Positions 29,791 through 39,942 of a DNA stretch of 64,000 nt are shown here, piece by piece. Positions within the stretch are counted from its first letter, which is position 1. Every line of letters begins with the position of its first letter. The position numbers and the translations under genes are program-made. The stretch is from a virus (Duplodnaviria; Heunggongvirae; Uroviricota; Caudoviricetes): IMG/VR virus record IMGVR_UViG_3300009285_000002, one strand, 5' to 3'. The notes beneath the pieces are model-generated. The model had not been told where the DNA came from, ran no database searches, and saw only the letters and a list, made by a program, of their open reading frames with translations.

Positions 29791-30450
29791 TTGATAACTA
29801 AACCAACCATAGGTATTCCAGTATCCAATATAGGTGGTGTTATTGGTGTAAATGAAGATCTGGTTAGGTTTACCTCAATATTTGGAAATGTCGCATTCAT
29901 GTCTCCAGATGCTGATAATGCTAAGGTGGACGCCATTCTTCTTCCCGGAGGTGCAGATGTAGATCCATTACGGTACGGACAGGAGCCGAGTTGGTGGACT
30001 GGAAGACCAGATGTGGCCCTGGAATATTTTGACACACAAGTTTTACCAAAATATTTTGGTAAAATCCCAGTTATTGGCGTATGCCGTGGTCTCCAAACGA
30101 TCAATGTTTTATACGGAGGGACATTAAGACAGCATATACACTTTAACCGGCACAGTTCTAATGGTAATGATCTAGTAGACAGCATTAAAGTTATGTATAC
30201 CAATGAAACATTCAGAGTAAACTCTTTTCACCACCAGGGAGTCGGAAACCACGCGATACCAGCTATAGCCACCAACAACAATGGCCTTATAGAAGCCGTT
30301 GAGGACACAACCAACAATGTGTTTGCCGTACAGTGGCACCCAGAGAGGATGTATAATCAGGATTCTGAGTTCTATGATATCTGGACTATTGGAAATATCT
30401 TTAGCCTTCTTGGTATGGAAATTCCACAACAGTACGTTTTGGAAGAATAA
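29791..30450 (+). CDS. class I glutamine amidotransferase-like / gamma-glutamyl hydrolase (peptidase C26, PuuD-like)
   Basis: Catalytic Cys motif PVIGVCRGLQTINVLYGG and His motif FAVQWHPE. Confidence 0.65.
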   Translation: MITKPTIGIPVSNIGGVIGVNEDLVRFTSIFGNVAFMSPDADNAKVDAILLPGGADVDPLRYGQEPSWWTGRPDVALEYFDTQVLPKYFGKIPVIGVCRGLQTINVLYGGTLRQHIHFNRHSSNGNDLVDSIKVMYTNETFRVNSFHHQGVGNHAIPAIATNNNGLIEAVEDTTNNVFAVQWHPERMYNQDSEFYDIWTIGNIFSLLGMEIPQQYVLEE

Positions 30451-30459
30451 GGAGATAAT

Positions 30460-30666
30460 ATGTATGCTGATTTACTTAATTATGCAGTGGAAAAGAAGGT
30501 ATATGCTATAATCTCTGGTTTAACACAGGAAGGAACTGAGTTGACCCTAGTTAAAAGCAAGAATACGGTGGATGTGTATATCCAAAATGAGGTAATATTC
30601 ACCTCACACATGGTAAAGAATATAATATTCCATGAGCACGGCTGTACTATTACATTAAAGCATTAG
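30460..30666 (+). CDS. hypothetical protein
   Basis: 68 aa with an AAGGAGATAATATG ribosome-binding site. Confidence 0.4.
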   Translation: MYADLLNYAVEKKVYAIISGLTQEGTELTLVKSKNTVDVYIQNEVIFTSHMVKNIIFHEHGCTITLKH

Positions 30667-30675
30667 GGAATAGAT

Positions 30676-30891
30676 ATGACCTATACCCAAGTTATATTAT
30701 TAAGTGCGCTTCTTAATATTGGTATGGTATACATTGTCTACCGTCAATTTATAAGAATACAAGAGTTGGAGAAAACTCTTAGGGGGATAGTTAAACAGGC
30801 GGAAGACGTAATAAGAAAAGCTATGCCAAAAAAACCACCGGCCGCTCCACCAAAGAGTAAGATCCCATGGTATAAATATTATAGAGATTAG
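30676..30891 (+). CDS. small membrane protein
   Basis: 71 aa with one transmembrane segment and a Pro/Lys-rich tail. Confidence 0.4.
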   Translation: MTYTQVILLSALLNIGMVYIVYRQFIRIQELEKTLRGIVKQAEDVIRKAMPKKPPAAPPKSKIPWYKYYRD

Positions 30892-30900
30892 GAGATAAAC

Positions 30901-31080
30901 ATGAAACAAGATGATATGATCAATGCCATGTATACTAAAATGGCTGGGCTACGTTTTTCGGGCGCAGTGGGCCTTATTTGCTGGATAATAGTTCGGCTAC
31001 TATATAGGCTTCTGCAAAAGAAGGTACTTACCGAAGAGGAGGTTCGCTGGATATTACCATAATTGTTATACCAATGCCGT
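30901..31080 (+). CDS. small membrane protein
   Basis: 59-aa ORF not in the supplied track. AGGAGATAAACATG ribosome-binding site. Transmembrane segment GAVGLICWIIVRLLY. Confidence 0.35.
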
Positions 31081-31115
31081 GTAATTTCGTCTAATTCAAT
31101 AAAAGGAGAAAACAA

Positions 31116-31517
31116 ATGGAACAGGCTCTACTGTCGCTCATTAGCCTATTAAAAGCAGCATCACCTGTGGTATGGGAAGCAGCCATACGTCAGGTGCTGG
31201 TGGTAGCATATACTGAATTGTTCTTTGGAATCTTGGTTCTCGTGTCTGCGATCATTTCAGCCACCTGCTTGGTGAAGATGTATAGAGCATACGCAGAGGT
31301 GGAAGCCGCTCATGGCTATGATCTTAAAGAAGCTGTGCGTGCAAAATATGCAGTAGCTCTGCATTGGAAGGATGATATTGGAGAGTTCATGCTATGGGCA
31401 TGGCTTATTGTATTCAGTATCATTGGCATTGTAAACGTGGCTAGTGCTGTTATGCACCTCTCAAATCCAGTATGGTATGCCATTGAGTGGCTGTTATCTG
31501 CAGCCACTGGTGGTTAG
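31116..31517 (+). CDS. membrane protein
   Basis: 133 aa with three predicted transmembrane segments. AAAGGAGAAAACAAATG ribosome-binding site. Confidence 0.45.
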   Translation: MEQALLSLISLLKAASPVVWEAAIRQVLVVAYTELFFGILVLVSAIISATCLVKMYRAYAEVEAAHGYDLKEAVRAKYAVALHWKDDIGEFMLWAWLIVFSIIGIVNVASAVMHLSNPVWYAIEWLLSAATGG

Positions 31518-31570
31518 CCTAATACTGAATTAAACATACAACAAATTCAAACCAAATAAGGAGAATAGTT

Positions 31571-32476
31571 ATGAAACAGAAAACTAATTTTATGCTGGTT
31601 ATTTTGCTCGCAGTCTCGATGGTAATTTCTGGATGCTATTGGAACGATCTTGCGCGGCCAAACCAAATGGCTGTACAACTTGATGAAGGACAGATCAAAA
31701 ATGTGGCGGGGCCCGGTGGCAAGTATACTGATATGTCAATGTGGTCTGATCTTCTTCTTGTAAATGTGGATACTGTAACATTCTCCGTTGAAGATCCGGA
31801 GGTACTGACATCTGATAACCAGGCCGTAGGTGTAAAGATGACAATACAAGCACGGCGAAAATCAGATCGTGCGTCCATTGAAAATATCGTTACTAATTGG
31901 TATTCACTGGTTGACGATACCAAATTAATCGAAACCATTTCCGCCACCGCACGAGAGGGAATGAAAAACGGTGTACGTGGATTTGACCTGGCCCAACTTC
32001 TTAATGACCGTAATGGACTGGGAAACGCCATCAAAGACCAGTTATCACAGGACTCCGAAAAGTATTCTGTGGAGATTATCAATGTTACTGTGGAAAATAT
32101 TGCCCCGTCCGCTGAATACATGAAAATTCTATCTGACAAAGCCAACTTATCCGCTGAAACCGCTAAAGAGCTGGAGCGCCAGAAGCTTATTCAGCAAACT
32201 GCGTCCAATAATATCCTTCAGGCACAAAAAGATGCGGAAGTAAAGGTGGCGCAACTTGAGGCAGAAATGGCCAAGACCGCAGTTGAAGTGGAAATTGCAA
32301 AACGTGAGGGTCAAAAGACCGCCGCGGCCCAGGAAGTATACACCAACAATCCACAAGCGTTTGCACTTGAGCAACTTCGTCTTCTGGATGCCATTTTTGA
32401 CGGGTCTCAGGTGTTCTATCTTCCAGAAGGCACCGATCTCACCGGCATCTTTGGTTTAGATAAGCTGGTTAAGTGA
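31571..32476 (+). CDS. SPFH/band-7 (stomatin/prohibitin-like) domain lipoprotein
   Basis: Signal peptide with lipobox MVISGC. An SPFH-like beta/alpha core is followed by a long Ala/Glu/Lys/Gln-rich coiled coil (QKDAEVKVAQLEAEMAKTAVEVEIAKREGQK). Confidence 0.5.
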   Translation: MKQKTNFMLVILLAVSMVISGCYWNDLARPNQMAVQLDEGQIKNVAGPGGKYTDMSMWSDLLLVNVDTVTFSVEDPEVLTSDNQAVGVKMTIQARRKSDRASIENIVTNWYSLVDDTKLIETISATAREGMKNGVRGFDLAQLLNDRNGLGNAIKDQLSQDSEKYSVEIINVTVENIAPSAEYMKILSDKANLSAETAKELERQKLIQQTASNNILQAQKDAEVKVAQLEAEMAKTAVEVEIAKREGQKTAAAQEVYTNNPQAFALEQLRLLDAIFDGSQVFYLPEGTDLTGIFGLDKLVK

Positions 32477-32667
32477 TGTCCTCACTCATATATTTATTAA
32501 AGGGTGCTGGAATTATGCTCGTGGCGGTACTACTGTCCGGTTTCGCCGTGGCTACCTTACTTTTGTCGGTAAAGTGGGCTCTGTTCCTAATTCGCACCTG
32601 CTGGGACTCGTTGTCAAATGAGTTCACCGCGTTTAATGATTGGGTAAAAACCAAGTTACGCGACTAA
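32473..32667 (+). CDS. small membrane protein
   Basis: 64 aa with a transmembrane segment. ATGA-type overlap with the SPFH gene. Confidence 0.4.
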   Translation: MMSSLIYLLKGAGIMLVAVLLSGFAVATLLLSVKWALFLIRTCWDSLSNEFTAFNDWVKTKLRD

Positions 32668-32721
32668 AAAATGTAAGGTAATGGTTTTCTCTAAAAGTTC
32701 TCTTTACCTATAAAGAGAAGT

Positions 32722-33021
32722 ATGTTTTACCACGTAGACATTAAGTATAACTGGAGAAATCGTATGAATAATAATGTACTAGAAGTCACAGCGTTGCTAC
32801 TCCAATGGTTGCAGGATATCTATAGTGGCGAAATCATATGCCATGAGCCAGATTATACGCAGGAGCGTTGTATTACCGCACCACTATCTTTCAATGATGC
32901 GGTGCGCCTGTTAAAGAGTATAAACGGTATACTGAAAATAGCTGGAGCAAAGTATATTGTATATTTCCTTACTCCAACAAACGAGGAAATAACCACCTGG
33001 GAATGGATTAGAACAGGATAA
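32722..33021 (+). CDS. hypothetical protein
   Basis: 99 aa. Confidence 0.4.
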   Translation: MFYHVDIKYNWRNRMNNNVLEVTALLLQWLQDIYSGEIICHEPDYTQERCITAPLSFNDAVRLLKSINGILKIAGAKYIVYFLTPTNEEITTWEWIRTG

Positions 33022-33033
33022 GGATGATGTAGT

Positions 33034-33543
33034 ATGCAATCATATAACAGAAATGATGCTGGTACACCAGAAGAAAAGGTGCTAAGGTATATAGCCACCC
33101 ACGATCACAAGCCGTTAGTGTTTTCCAAACAGACCTATAATGCATTCTCTAGCGCTACCAGAGCCATAACACTTCCAAAAGATGTTACGGATGTTGCCGG
33201 TATGGTAATGTTTACTATTCTTCAAACCAGGGTTAAAAAGTCGCTATATATGGTTTCTAGAGGCGAACAGTGTCGTCCATATGCCAGAAGAAGCTCATTT
33301 GATATTTGGAGGCACATTCGTTACTATAATCCAGATATTGACTTATTTTCTGTTATGCGCTGTATAGCAGGAGTTTATGAAGTAAATATATCATATTGTC
33401 CTACTGTGCATAAGCTGGTTATAATAGCCAATTCGGACGATCCCACACATCTTCGGATTGGAAGAAGCCGTTATAATGAGTATTTTAATATACGAAGCGA
33501 GTATGGCGTAGGAATCAGATATTGGCACACTATTGGAGAATAA
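33034..33543 (+). CDS. hypothetical protein, paralog of 42800-43258
   Basis: Shares SSFDIWRHIRYYNPDIDLFSVM...YCPTV...IGRSRYNEY with the SSLDIWRHAKFVSPDVDILSIM...YCTTV...LGRRSFYCREY stretch of ORF 42800. Confidence 0.45.
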   Translation: MQSYNRNDAGTPEEKVLRYIATHDHKPLVFSKQTYNAFSSATRAITLPKDVTDVAGMVMFTILQTRVKKSLYMVSRGEQCRPYARRSSFDIWRHIRYYNPDIDLFSVMRCIAGVYEVNISYCPTVHKLVIIANSDDPTHLRIGRSRYNEYFNIRSEYGVGIRYWHTIGE

Positions 33544-34668
33544 ATGAGAGACAACCATCCTGGAACAGTGGGAGCGGAGTTTGAATCAGTAATAACAAGT
33601 AGAGACGCGATTTCAGATACCATTAACCGATCTAAGCAGTTACTTCTTGGAATAAGATCCATAACCCGAGATGCTTCAGTGGAGTCTCCAACTGCTCGAA
33701 TAGGTAACTCCACCAGCGTATTCCTTGGTAGTCAACAACTCAGGGGCACCATAAAAAGAACTGGAAATGTAACAGCCGGCTATGAAATAGTGACCAATCC
33801 GATGCCGCTGGGAGATATGCGTAAGGTTATAGCTCAAACAATAAACCTACAGGTTAGAATGGGCGAGATATACTCGCCAAGATCATCTATCCACATTCAT
33901 GTAGGGTTTCCAAATGGCTTGATATTTAGAAAGATTGCCCTGGCACTCGGTAAAGCAGTAGAGCCGATATTCTATAAGATTGCTGGAATGGGTGGAAATT
34001 TTAGGGGTGCCACTAATCATTCCGCGTACTGTAGACCCATAGCCCTACCACCAGCCATAGCGCTGGCAGATTCAGACAAAGTGGCATTGCTTAGGCCAGA
34101 CAAAGCGCTATCTTCCTATGGAGAGAACTCCTTTTGGAACTACATGGGAATAAGCTCAGTAGAGAGAGATAGATATATACCCATAAGATACATGGGTATA
34201 AACATATACTCAACGCTAATGATCGGTACGATGGAATTTAGATTCTTTAACTATAGTTCCGTGTCACGTCATGTGGAGGCCGTAGCCGGACTGTCTCAGT
34301 TTATAACCGACCTTATGATCAGAATTCCGTTGGATGTGGCAATAAGTTGTGCCAGTTTGAGCATCTTCAAGAGTAACTCAGACCAGGATTATATAGATGC
34401 ACTTAGAGAAATGTTGGCCCTTGGAAAACGATATGGGTCTGAGTATACACTGTCGGACGTGGACTATGAGAACATATTGGATTTGATTCGTGCAACTCCG
34501 CAACCAGTATTTGAGGATAAACCGATACTATCACACGTATCTAGGAGTAAGGTAACGTTGGAAATGGCTAGGCAGTATGGTCTGGATATAGTTGACCACG
34601 CAGAGCCCTCTGGATTTATAGATATACATACATTCAACCAGAGTAACCGGTGCTTGATAGGAGATTAA
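33544..34668 (+). CDS. glutamine-synthetase-fold carboxylate-amine ligase (amidoligase-like)
   Basis: N-terminal TVGAEFESV and a later MEFRFF element resemble the GxExE / E..R signatures of GCS2 and phage amidoligase families. TAAATG coupling to the upstream gene. Confidence 0.4.
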   Translation: MRDNHPGTVGAEFESVITSRDAISDTINRSKQLLLGIRSITRDASVESPTARIGNSTSVFLGSQQLRGTIKRTGNVTAGYEIVTNPMPLGDMRKVIAQTINLQVRMGEIYSPRSSIHIHVGFPNGLIFRKIALALGKAVEPIFYKIAGMGGNFRGATNHSAYCRPIALPPAIALADSDKVALLRPDKALSSYGENSFWNYMGISSVERDRYIPIRYMGINIYSTLMIGTMEFRFFNYSSVSRHVEAVAGLSQFITDLMIRIPLDVAISCASLSIFKSNSDQDYIDALREMLALGKRYGSEYTLSDVDYENILDLIRATPQPVFEDKPILSHVSRSKVTLEMARQYGLDIVDHAEPSGFIDIHTFNQSNRCLIGD

Positions 34669-35868
34669 ATGTGTCAATTATTGCTAGTAAACTTAAATAA
34701 AAAAGATCTTAACAGGGTTTTTCTGTCCACACTTCTTCAGGTGGATGCTAACGGGAACCAAGACGGAACAGGATTCTTAGGGCTACGCTCTGATGGACAA
34801 GCATACCTATGGAAAACAGAACTGCCGGCAGATGGTATCTCTAATCTGGGCGCTATTATTGTTGATGGAGTATCATCAAATCTTCCAATAATGGCACACG
34901 TAAGGGCAGCCAGTAGGGGTATAAATGTGAACCCAGAGAATGCACATCCGTTCCACATTAAGCTTAAGAGGTTTTACCTTGCGCATAACGGAAGATTATA
35001 TGGAAATGATGAGTCTCCCTCCTATACCGGTTTTGCGACCGATGATACTAGCATTGGATCCGATTCGCTCAAGTTCCTTACATCATTGGAAGAAGAGTCC
35101 ATTAAATCACCAAATAGTGGTATAGTGGAGTTGCTCAACGCTACCATGAGTAGCTATACAGGTAAGTTTGCGCTTATTATATATGACTCATACTCCAATA
35201 AACACTATGTTGTTAGAGGATCTACCGCTGACTTGCATATGGTCAATATATTTAGCCAAATCGGTGAGGTTCGTAGACAGGTTGGGTATATAGTTAATAC
35301 CAAAAAGAATAGCTTGGAAGACGCGTTAACAATATCCGTACAGATCGGACAAATTGTAACTGGTACAATGATATCGCATGACGACGTTACTGAGCTGGAT
35401 AAGGACAGTGTGTATGAGGTGGAGAAGCTAACCCTTACCAAAATTGGTGAGCTTAAAGAAAAGCCCGTTATATATGCCAGAGCCGTTACACAGGCTTTTA
35501 GCAATACCAGACCACCCAATCAAAGCATACCTGTATGGAGGCTATCCGAGAGGCTCTTGAAATTCATGGATAGCCACTTTCTAACGATACCCGATATGGA
35601 TGCTCTGCTATACCTATTCACCGGCGTTAGAATGGCTGATATATCCGATGATAACCTGGAGTTCTTTGTAGCTACTATAATTCCAAAAATCTCGGCGCCT
35701 AAGAAGATAAGAGATAAGCTAAACTCCATCTTAGGAGATAGTGGCCGTGTTTTCCCAATCGTATACACTCAGGTTAAGCAGCTAGAGTACCCTTGGATTA
35801 TAAGCTCTCCAAAGTCGCAGAACGAACTGTGTGACTACATGGAAGCATTGAAGAAGTCTAGGGCATAA
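34669..35868 (+). CDS. class II (Ntn) glutamine amidotransferase-like, YafJ-type
   Basis: Begins MCQLLLVNLN, with Cys2 directly after Met as in Ntn GATase-II and YafJ proteins (MCELLG). The stop of the upstream gene overlaps the start. Confidence 0.45.
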   Translation: MCQLLLVNLNKKDLNRVFLSTLLQVDANGNQDGTGFLGLRSDGQAYLWKTELPADGISNLGAIIVDGVSSNLPIMAHVRAASRGINVNPENAHPFHIKLKRFYLAHNGRLYGNDESPSYTGFATDDTSIGSDSLKFLTSLEEESIKSPNSGIVELLNATMSSYTGKFALIIYDSYSNKHYVVRGSTADLHMVNIFSQIGEVRRQVGYIVNTKKNSLEDALTISVQIGQIVTGTMISHDDVTELDKDSVYEVEKLTLTKIGELKEKPVIYARAVTQAFSNTRPPNQSIPVWRLSERLLKFMDSHFLTIPDMDALLYLFTGVRMADISDDNLEFFVATIIPKISAPKKIRDKLNSILGDSGRVFPIVYTQVKQLEYPWIISSPKSQNELCDYMEALKKSRA

Positions 35869-36611
35869 TGTTTATTATAACTACCAGAAAGATGCTGCCA
35901 AGCGCAAGGGCTCTAGCTAGAGCTATTGGAGAAAGACTCGGTAGTAGAGTTCACGTCACTGCCAACGAGAACACCAATCTCGCCGGTCCAGTGATAAGGT
36001 GGGGTAACCGCTCCAGAGTAGTAACCGCTCCCGGAATACACAATGGGAACAGCTATAAGTTTATTGACGCCTGCACCAATAAGAGGATATTCTCCGAGTT
36101 GATGAATGCTATGGAAATCCCCTGTGTTGAAATCAGATCTGGAATACCGGAAAGGTTTCCCGTGGTTGTACGAAGAACACTCACTGGATTTGGAGGAGCC
36201 GGGATCAGTGTATGTAAAGATCTGCGGGATTGGAACTTATTTGGTGGCACTTATTGGAGTTACTGGGTAGATTTCCGTCCTGAACTCGGTGTGCATATCT
36301 TCAATGGTAGGATTCTAAAGGCATTCAAAAAAGCTTCATCTGGATATAGCGAAAATACTTCAGAATTTCCTATAAGGAATATGTCCAATGGTTATGATTT
36401 CAAAAGAGTGGACTTGGAGAACTATCCCAAGTTAGTTACATTTATGGAACGGTTTTGTAGTAAGTTTCCTATTTTGTTTGGTAGGCTTGATGTCGGTTGG
36501 GATTACAATGAGAAGACCTACCGTGTAATAGAGTTTAATACGGCCCCCGGTATTGCTACCAACTCTGATACTCTTGAAGCCTATACTAATGCTTTCTTGG
36601 AGGTACTATGA
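35868..36611 (+). CDS. ATP-grasp ligase
   Basis: C-terminal GRLDVGWDYNEKTYRVIEFNTAPGI matches the ATP-grasp D..............E.N..PG signature. TAATG overlap with the upstream gene. Confidence 0.55.
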   Translation: MFIITTRKMLPSARALARAIGERLGSRVHVTANENTNLAGPVIRWGNRSRVVTAPGIHNGNSYKFIDACTNKRIFSELMNAMEIPCVEIRSGIPERFPVVVRRTLTGFGGAGISVCKDLRDWNLFGGTYWSYWVDFRPELGVHIFNGRILKAFKKASSGYSENTSEFPIRNMSNGYDFKRVDLENYPKLVTFMERFCSKFPILFGRLDVGWDYNEKTYRVIEFNTAPGIATNSDTLEAYTNAFLEVL

Positions 36612-36642
36612 TTAAATATACTGGCTAATGCTCTTAATGCTA

Positions 36643-36759
36643 TGAATGAATTTCCCGGCTTCAATCATCCTAAGTACTTCGATGAAATTATTGGATGGAT
36701 AAAGAAATGGGTATCTCCCGAACATAAGTATAATATAGAGAAAAACCTTAGAGGATAAC
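36643..36759 (+). CDS. small protein
   Basis: 38-aa ORF that fills the only gap in the operon. Confidence 0.25.
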
Positions 36760-37533
36760 TTGTATTTCATTGGACAAAGGCATATAATGAACCAGTTGAA
36801 GGATATTCTCCCACACCTATATGAGAATGATGTTGGTATGAACATCCTTATGCGTGGACCAAGTGGTTGGGGCAAAACCAGAATGTCATTTATGATCTGT
36901 AATTATTTGACTGGAGGCAACTTTGAATACTGTCTAGGAGATAAACTTCTATTTACAGATACGGTTAGAGTACACTTTATAGATGAAGTGCATCTATTAG
37001 AGCACCCAGAAACCATCTACCCTAAGATGGATAGTAATAAGTATGTGATTGTTATAGCTACCAACGATGTAGCCACTCTTCCAGAAGCTTTGGTAAATAG
37101 ATGTGTGGAGTTTATCTTCTCTGAATATTCTATTCCAGAACTTAGAGAGATAGCTAGAGGTTGCACTAATGTAAGTATGTCCAATGATTTCCTGGATTAT
37201 ATAATAGAAAGCGGTGGCGGTAATCCTAGAATTATAAAGAGTCTTCTAGGTAGATTGAATATTATTCTATCTAGGAATCCTCTTATTCTAAAGGGACTGG
37301 ATCTTAACCAGTTCAAAGAATTACTGCACGAAGTATTTGGAATCAAGGACGGTATGGATGTTATGTGCCAGAGGTATATGGAAGCCCTTCATCTATTGGG
37401 AGGTACTGCCGCTATTACAACCATAGCAAGTTACATACATATTGACCAGAATACGGTCAAGTTCTTTATCGAGCCTATTCTTCTCTATAAGAATAGGATT
37501 AGAATAACCAGTAGAGGAAGGAGTCTAATTTGA
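36760..37533 (+). CDS. AAA+ ATPase (RuvB-like or clamp-loader-like)
   Basis: Walker A MRGPSGWGKTRMSF and Walker B VHFIDEVHLLE (compare RuvB FIDEIHRL). Sensor-1-like VIATN. Confidence 0.5.
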   Translation: MYFIGQRHIMNQLKDILPHLYENDVGMNILMRGPSGWGKTRMSFMICNYLTGGNFEYCLGDKLLFTDTVRVHFIDEVHLLEHPETIYPKMDSNKYVIVIATNDVATLPEALVNRCVEFIFSEYSIPELREIARGCTNVSMSNDFLDYIIESGGGNPRIIKSLLGRLNIILSRNPLILKGLDLNQFKELLHEVFGIKDGMDVMCQRYMEALHLLGGTAAITTIASYIHIDQNTVKFFIEPILLYKNRIRITSRGRSLI

Positions 37534-38552
37534 CAACTGTTATAATTAGTAGCGTGGTACCAAGTATTCTACAAATAGTATCGCCAGTGCATGACACCGT
37601 TATACAAAGGGCGCACGGGCTTAGGTTCTACTTCAAAGGCGGTGGTGATCTGGTGGCGTTGCAACGTGGGTCAGAGAGGGTATACACGGTGCATATCCCA
37701 ATTTTCTCTGATGTAGTAGCTGCCACCATCTCTTCACTTGTAGCAGAATTGGCTGAAGACATCGCCAAGGAAATTGAAGTCAAGAAGATAGGCAATGTAG
37801 AGTGGTTTCTATTTGATACCAAAACTAAAAAAATCCTGTGCAAAGATAGCTTCATGGATTTTATCCCATACCACAGTATTAGAAAAGCGCTGTTTGTGGT
37901 TGAGAATGAGGATGGGACCAACGAAAAGTATTTTAGGTATATGCCGGACTCGAGTAACTATGCCTTAATACAACTTATGTGTACTATAGTGGCCAAAAGG
38001 GAGCTTATGCTGCCCATCTCTGAGGTAGCCTCTGATTGGAGCCTTACTGGAAAACAGCTACTGTCATATCTTGTATCAGAGCGGTTTTATATGAAGGTGG
38101 ACTTCTCCTCCATTTACGGATGCTGGGATGCAATGAAGTTAGTCTTTAATAAGAACAGAAAATACCCAATTCCCGTAAACTTGGATACAATGAATGTTGA
38201 CCGGGCAAAAAAACTTGCTGTGGACGCTCACTATGGTGACGTGGATGACGACTATCCAGATTTCTCCTCACCACCGCCTAGCATCGGCAATGTAAAAACA
38301 TTGCTGTCCGATGTTCTGCTAATTGGAGTTGATGCATTTTGTAAAAATAGCACGGGGTATATAGATGTAGAGATTGACTGGATGCGCGAGACATTCAAGT
38401 CAGTAACAATAGATTGCGTGTCTGGAATATGCTTCGTAGAACTAAACAGGGGAATAGAGATATCTTTGGAACAACTAAAAGATGATCTACAAGCGGATAA
38501 TCTACAGATCTTAAGTGATCTGACCGATATCATACCAACGGGAGACCAATGA
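37530..38552 (+). CDS. hypothetical protein
   Basis: 340 aa with a TTG start that overlaps the upstream stop (TTTGA). Confidence 0.4.
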   Translation: MTTVIISSVVPSILQIVSPVHDTVIQRAHGLRFYFKGGGDLVALQRGSERVYTVHIPIFSDVVAATISSLVAELAEDIAKEIEVKKIGNVEWFLFDTKTKKILCKDSFMDFIPYHSIRKALFVVENEDGTNEKYFRYMPDSSNYALIQLMCTIVAKRELMLPISEVASDWSLTGKQLLSYLVSERFYMKVDFSSIYGCWDAMKLVFNKNRKYPIPVNLDTMNVDRAKKLAVDAHYGDVDDDYPDFSSPPPSIGNVKTLLSDVLLIGVDAFCKNSTGYIDVEIDWMRETFKSVTIDCVSGICFVELNRGIEISLEQLKDDLQADNLQILSDLTDIIPTGDQ

Positions 38553-39004
38553 GCACAACCTTCTTGTCCCATCTACGTCACGGATGTGGTGGTAACGTAG
38601 TTATAGACGCGTCTACGTCCGTAAAGTTATATGCGCCAAGTTTTAGGATCTCACAGGATGGCATAGGCGATCTTATGCTGGATGTGAATATCGCGTCAGG
38701 GGGGGATCTTGTACCATCCTACTGGTGTTTGAAGTGTGGGGAGACAATATCTCCCGATGACCTGTGGGAAGCCCTGTCAGCGTTATGCCAAGTATGTGGG
38801 TATAGCCACCAGATTTCAGATCTCAACGTTCACTCACAGATAGCCACCATATGCAACGAATGCCTAAATTCCATTAAAACGGTGTGCAATGGCGGACACT
38901 CTACAAATGAGCGTATAGCTCTATATATTGATATGTACTCTTTGACAAAGAGTATTAGAGTTGTACCACTGCTTAAAGTACTAAAAAACACAATAAAACT
39001 ATAG
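38549..39004 (+). CDS. zinc-ribbon protein
   Basis: ATGA overlap with the upstream gene. Four Cys pairs: CLKCG, CQVCG, CNEC and CNGGH. Confidence 0.4.
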   Translation: MSTTFLSHLRHGCGGNVVIDASTSVKLYAPSFRISQDGIGDLMLDVNIASGGDLVPSYWCLKCGETISPDDLWEALSALCQVCGYSHQISDLNVHSQIATICNECLNSIKTVCNGGHSTNERIALYIDMYSLTKSIRVVPLLKVLKNTIKL

Positions 39005-39017
39005 AGGAGAAAACATA

Positions 39018-39902
39018 ATGGACAAGAAAACTTTGAAATTTGGATCAGACCCAGAATTTGCAGCCGCCTACCGAGATGATAATGGTGAACTGTTTATCCT
39101 TCCACCAGTGATCTTGAGGAATGATTTTGGAGCACCATTTGAAGATAATGGGCGTCACCCAATTTTCAAGCGATACGGAGACACCGTTGTTCATGAGGAT
39201 GGGGCCGCTTTTGAAATGTCTACTCCGCCTACGTCAGATTGGCGGTCTATGTGGAAAACTTTGCATGATACTCGTGAAGCATTTGGAAAAGATGTGCTGG
39301 AACAGTATAGCGTATGCGATCCACGCCTTTACTCCTTACCTGCGATGCGCTTCCAGGTAGATAGGTGGCTTGGCAGAGGTGAGGAATTTAAGATGGCCAC
39401 GCTGTTCGGATGTGACGCGGATGAAGACGTATTTAATACCAGAGTTCCGTGCAGAACTATGGATGCATCTAAGCACCCATGGCGGTACATGGGTGGACAC
39501 ATACACGCATCCGGTATCAGAGATATTGAGGAACGTCCATTGATGGCTGTAAGAAGTATGGTTCTTACTGCCGGACTTGCTTCCACAGCATATTCGGATG
39601 TTCCTGAATTGGAAAAGGAACGTATATTCTTATACGGGAAACCTGGAAAGTTCCGTATTCAGCACTACACGAATGGAGAGGTTGGTATTGAGTACCGTAC
39701 TCCGTCCACTCGATGGACAGAAAGTATCGAGCTTGCTGAGAAGATCTTTACCTGGGCAGAAATCGGACTTACTTCACTTTTGCAAGGCGGCTTGCTGGAC
39801 AGCATTGCCAAAATTGTGGAGAAAGAGGCACGTTCCGCTATTACCACTGTTAACCAGAAGAAGGCTATTGAGATTTTGGATTTCATCGCTACCAAGGTGT
39901 AA
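39018..39902 (+). CDS. hypothetical enzyme, possible second amidoligase-like protein
   Basis: 294 aa with a GAGGAGAAAACATAATG ribosome-binding site. KFGSDPEF near the N-terminus and IEYRTPST later echo the G.E.E / E.R pattern of ORF 33544. Confidence 0.3.
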   Translation: MDKKTLKFGSDPEFAAAYRDDNGELFILPPVILRNDFGAPFEDNGRHPIFKRYGDTVVHEDGAAFEMSTPPTSDWRSMWKTLHDTREAFGKDVLEQYSVCDPRLYSLPAMRFQVDRWLGRGEEFKMATLFGCDADEDVFNTRVPCRTMDASKHPWRYMGGHIHASGIRDIEERPLMAVRSMVLTAGLASTAYSDVPELEKERIFLYGKPGKFRIQHYTNGEVGIEYRTPSTRWTESIELAEKIFTWAEIGLTSLLQGGLLDSIAKIVEKEARSAITTVNQKKAIEILDFIATKV

Positions 39903-39942
39903 ATTGCTATAGGCATAACATTCATACCATAAGGAGAAACAA

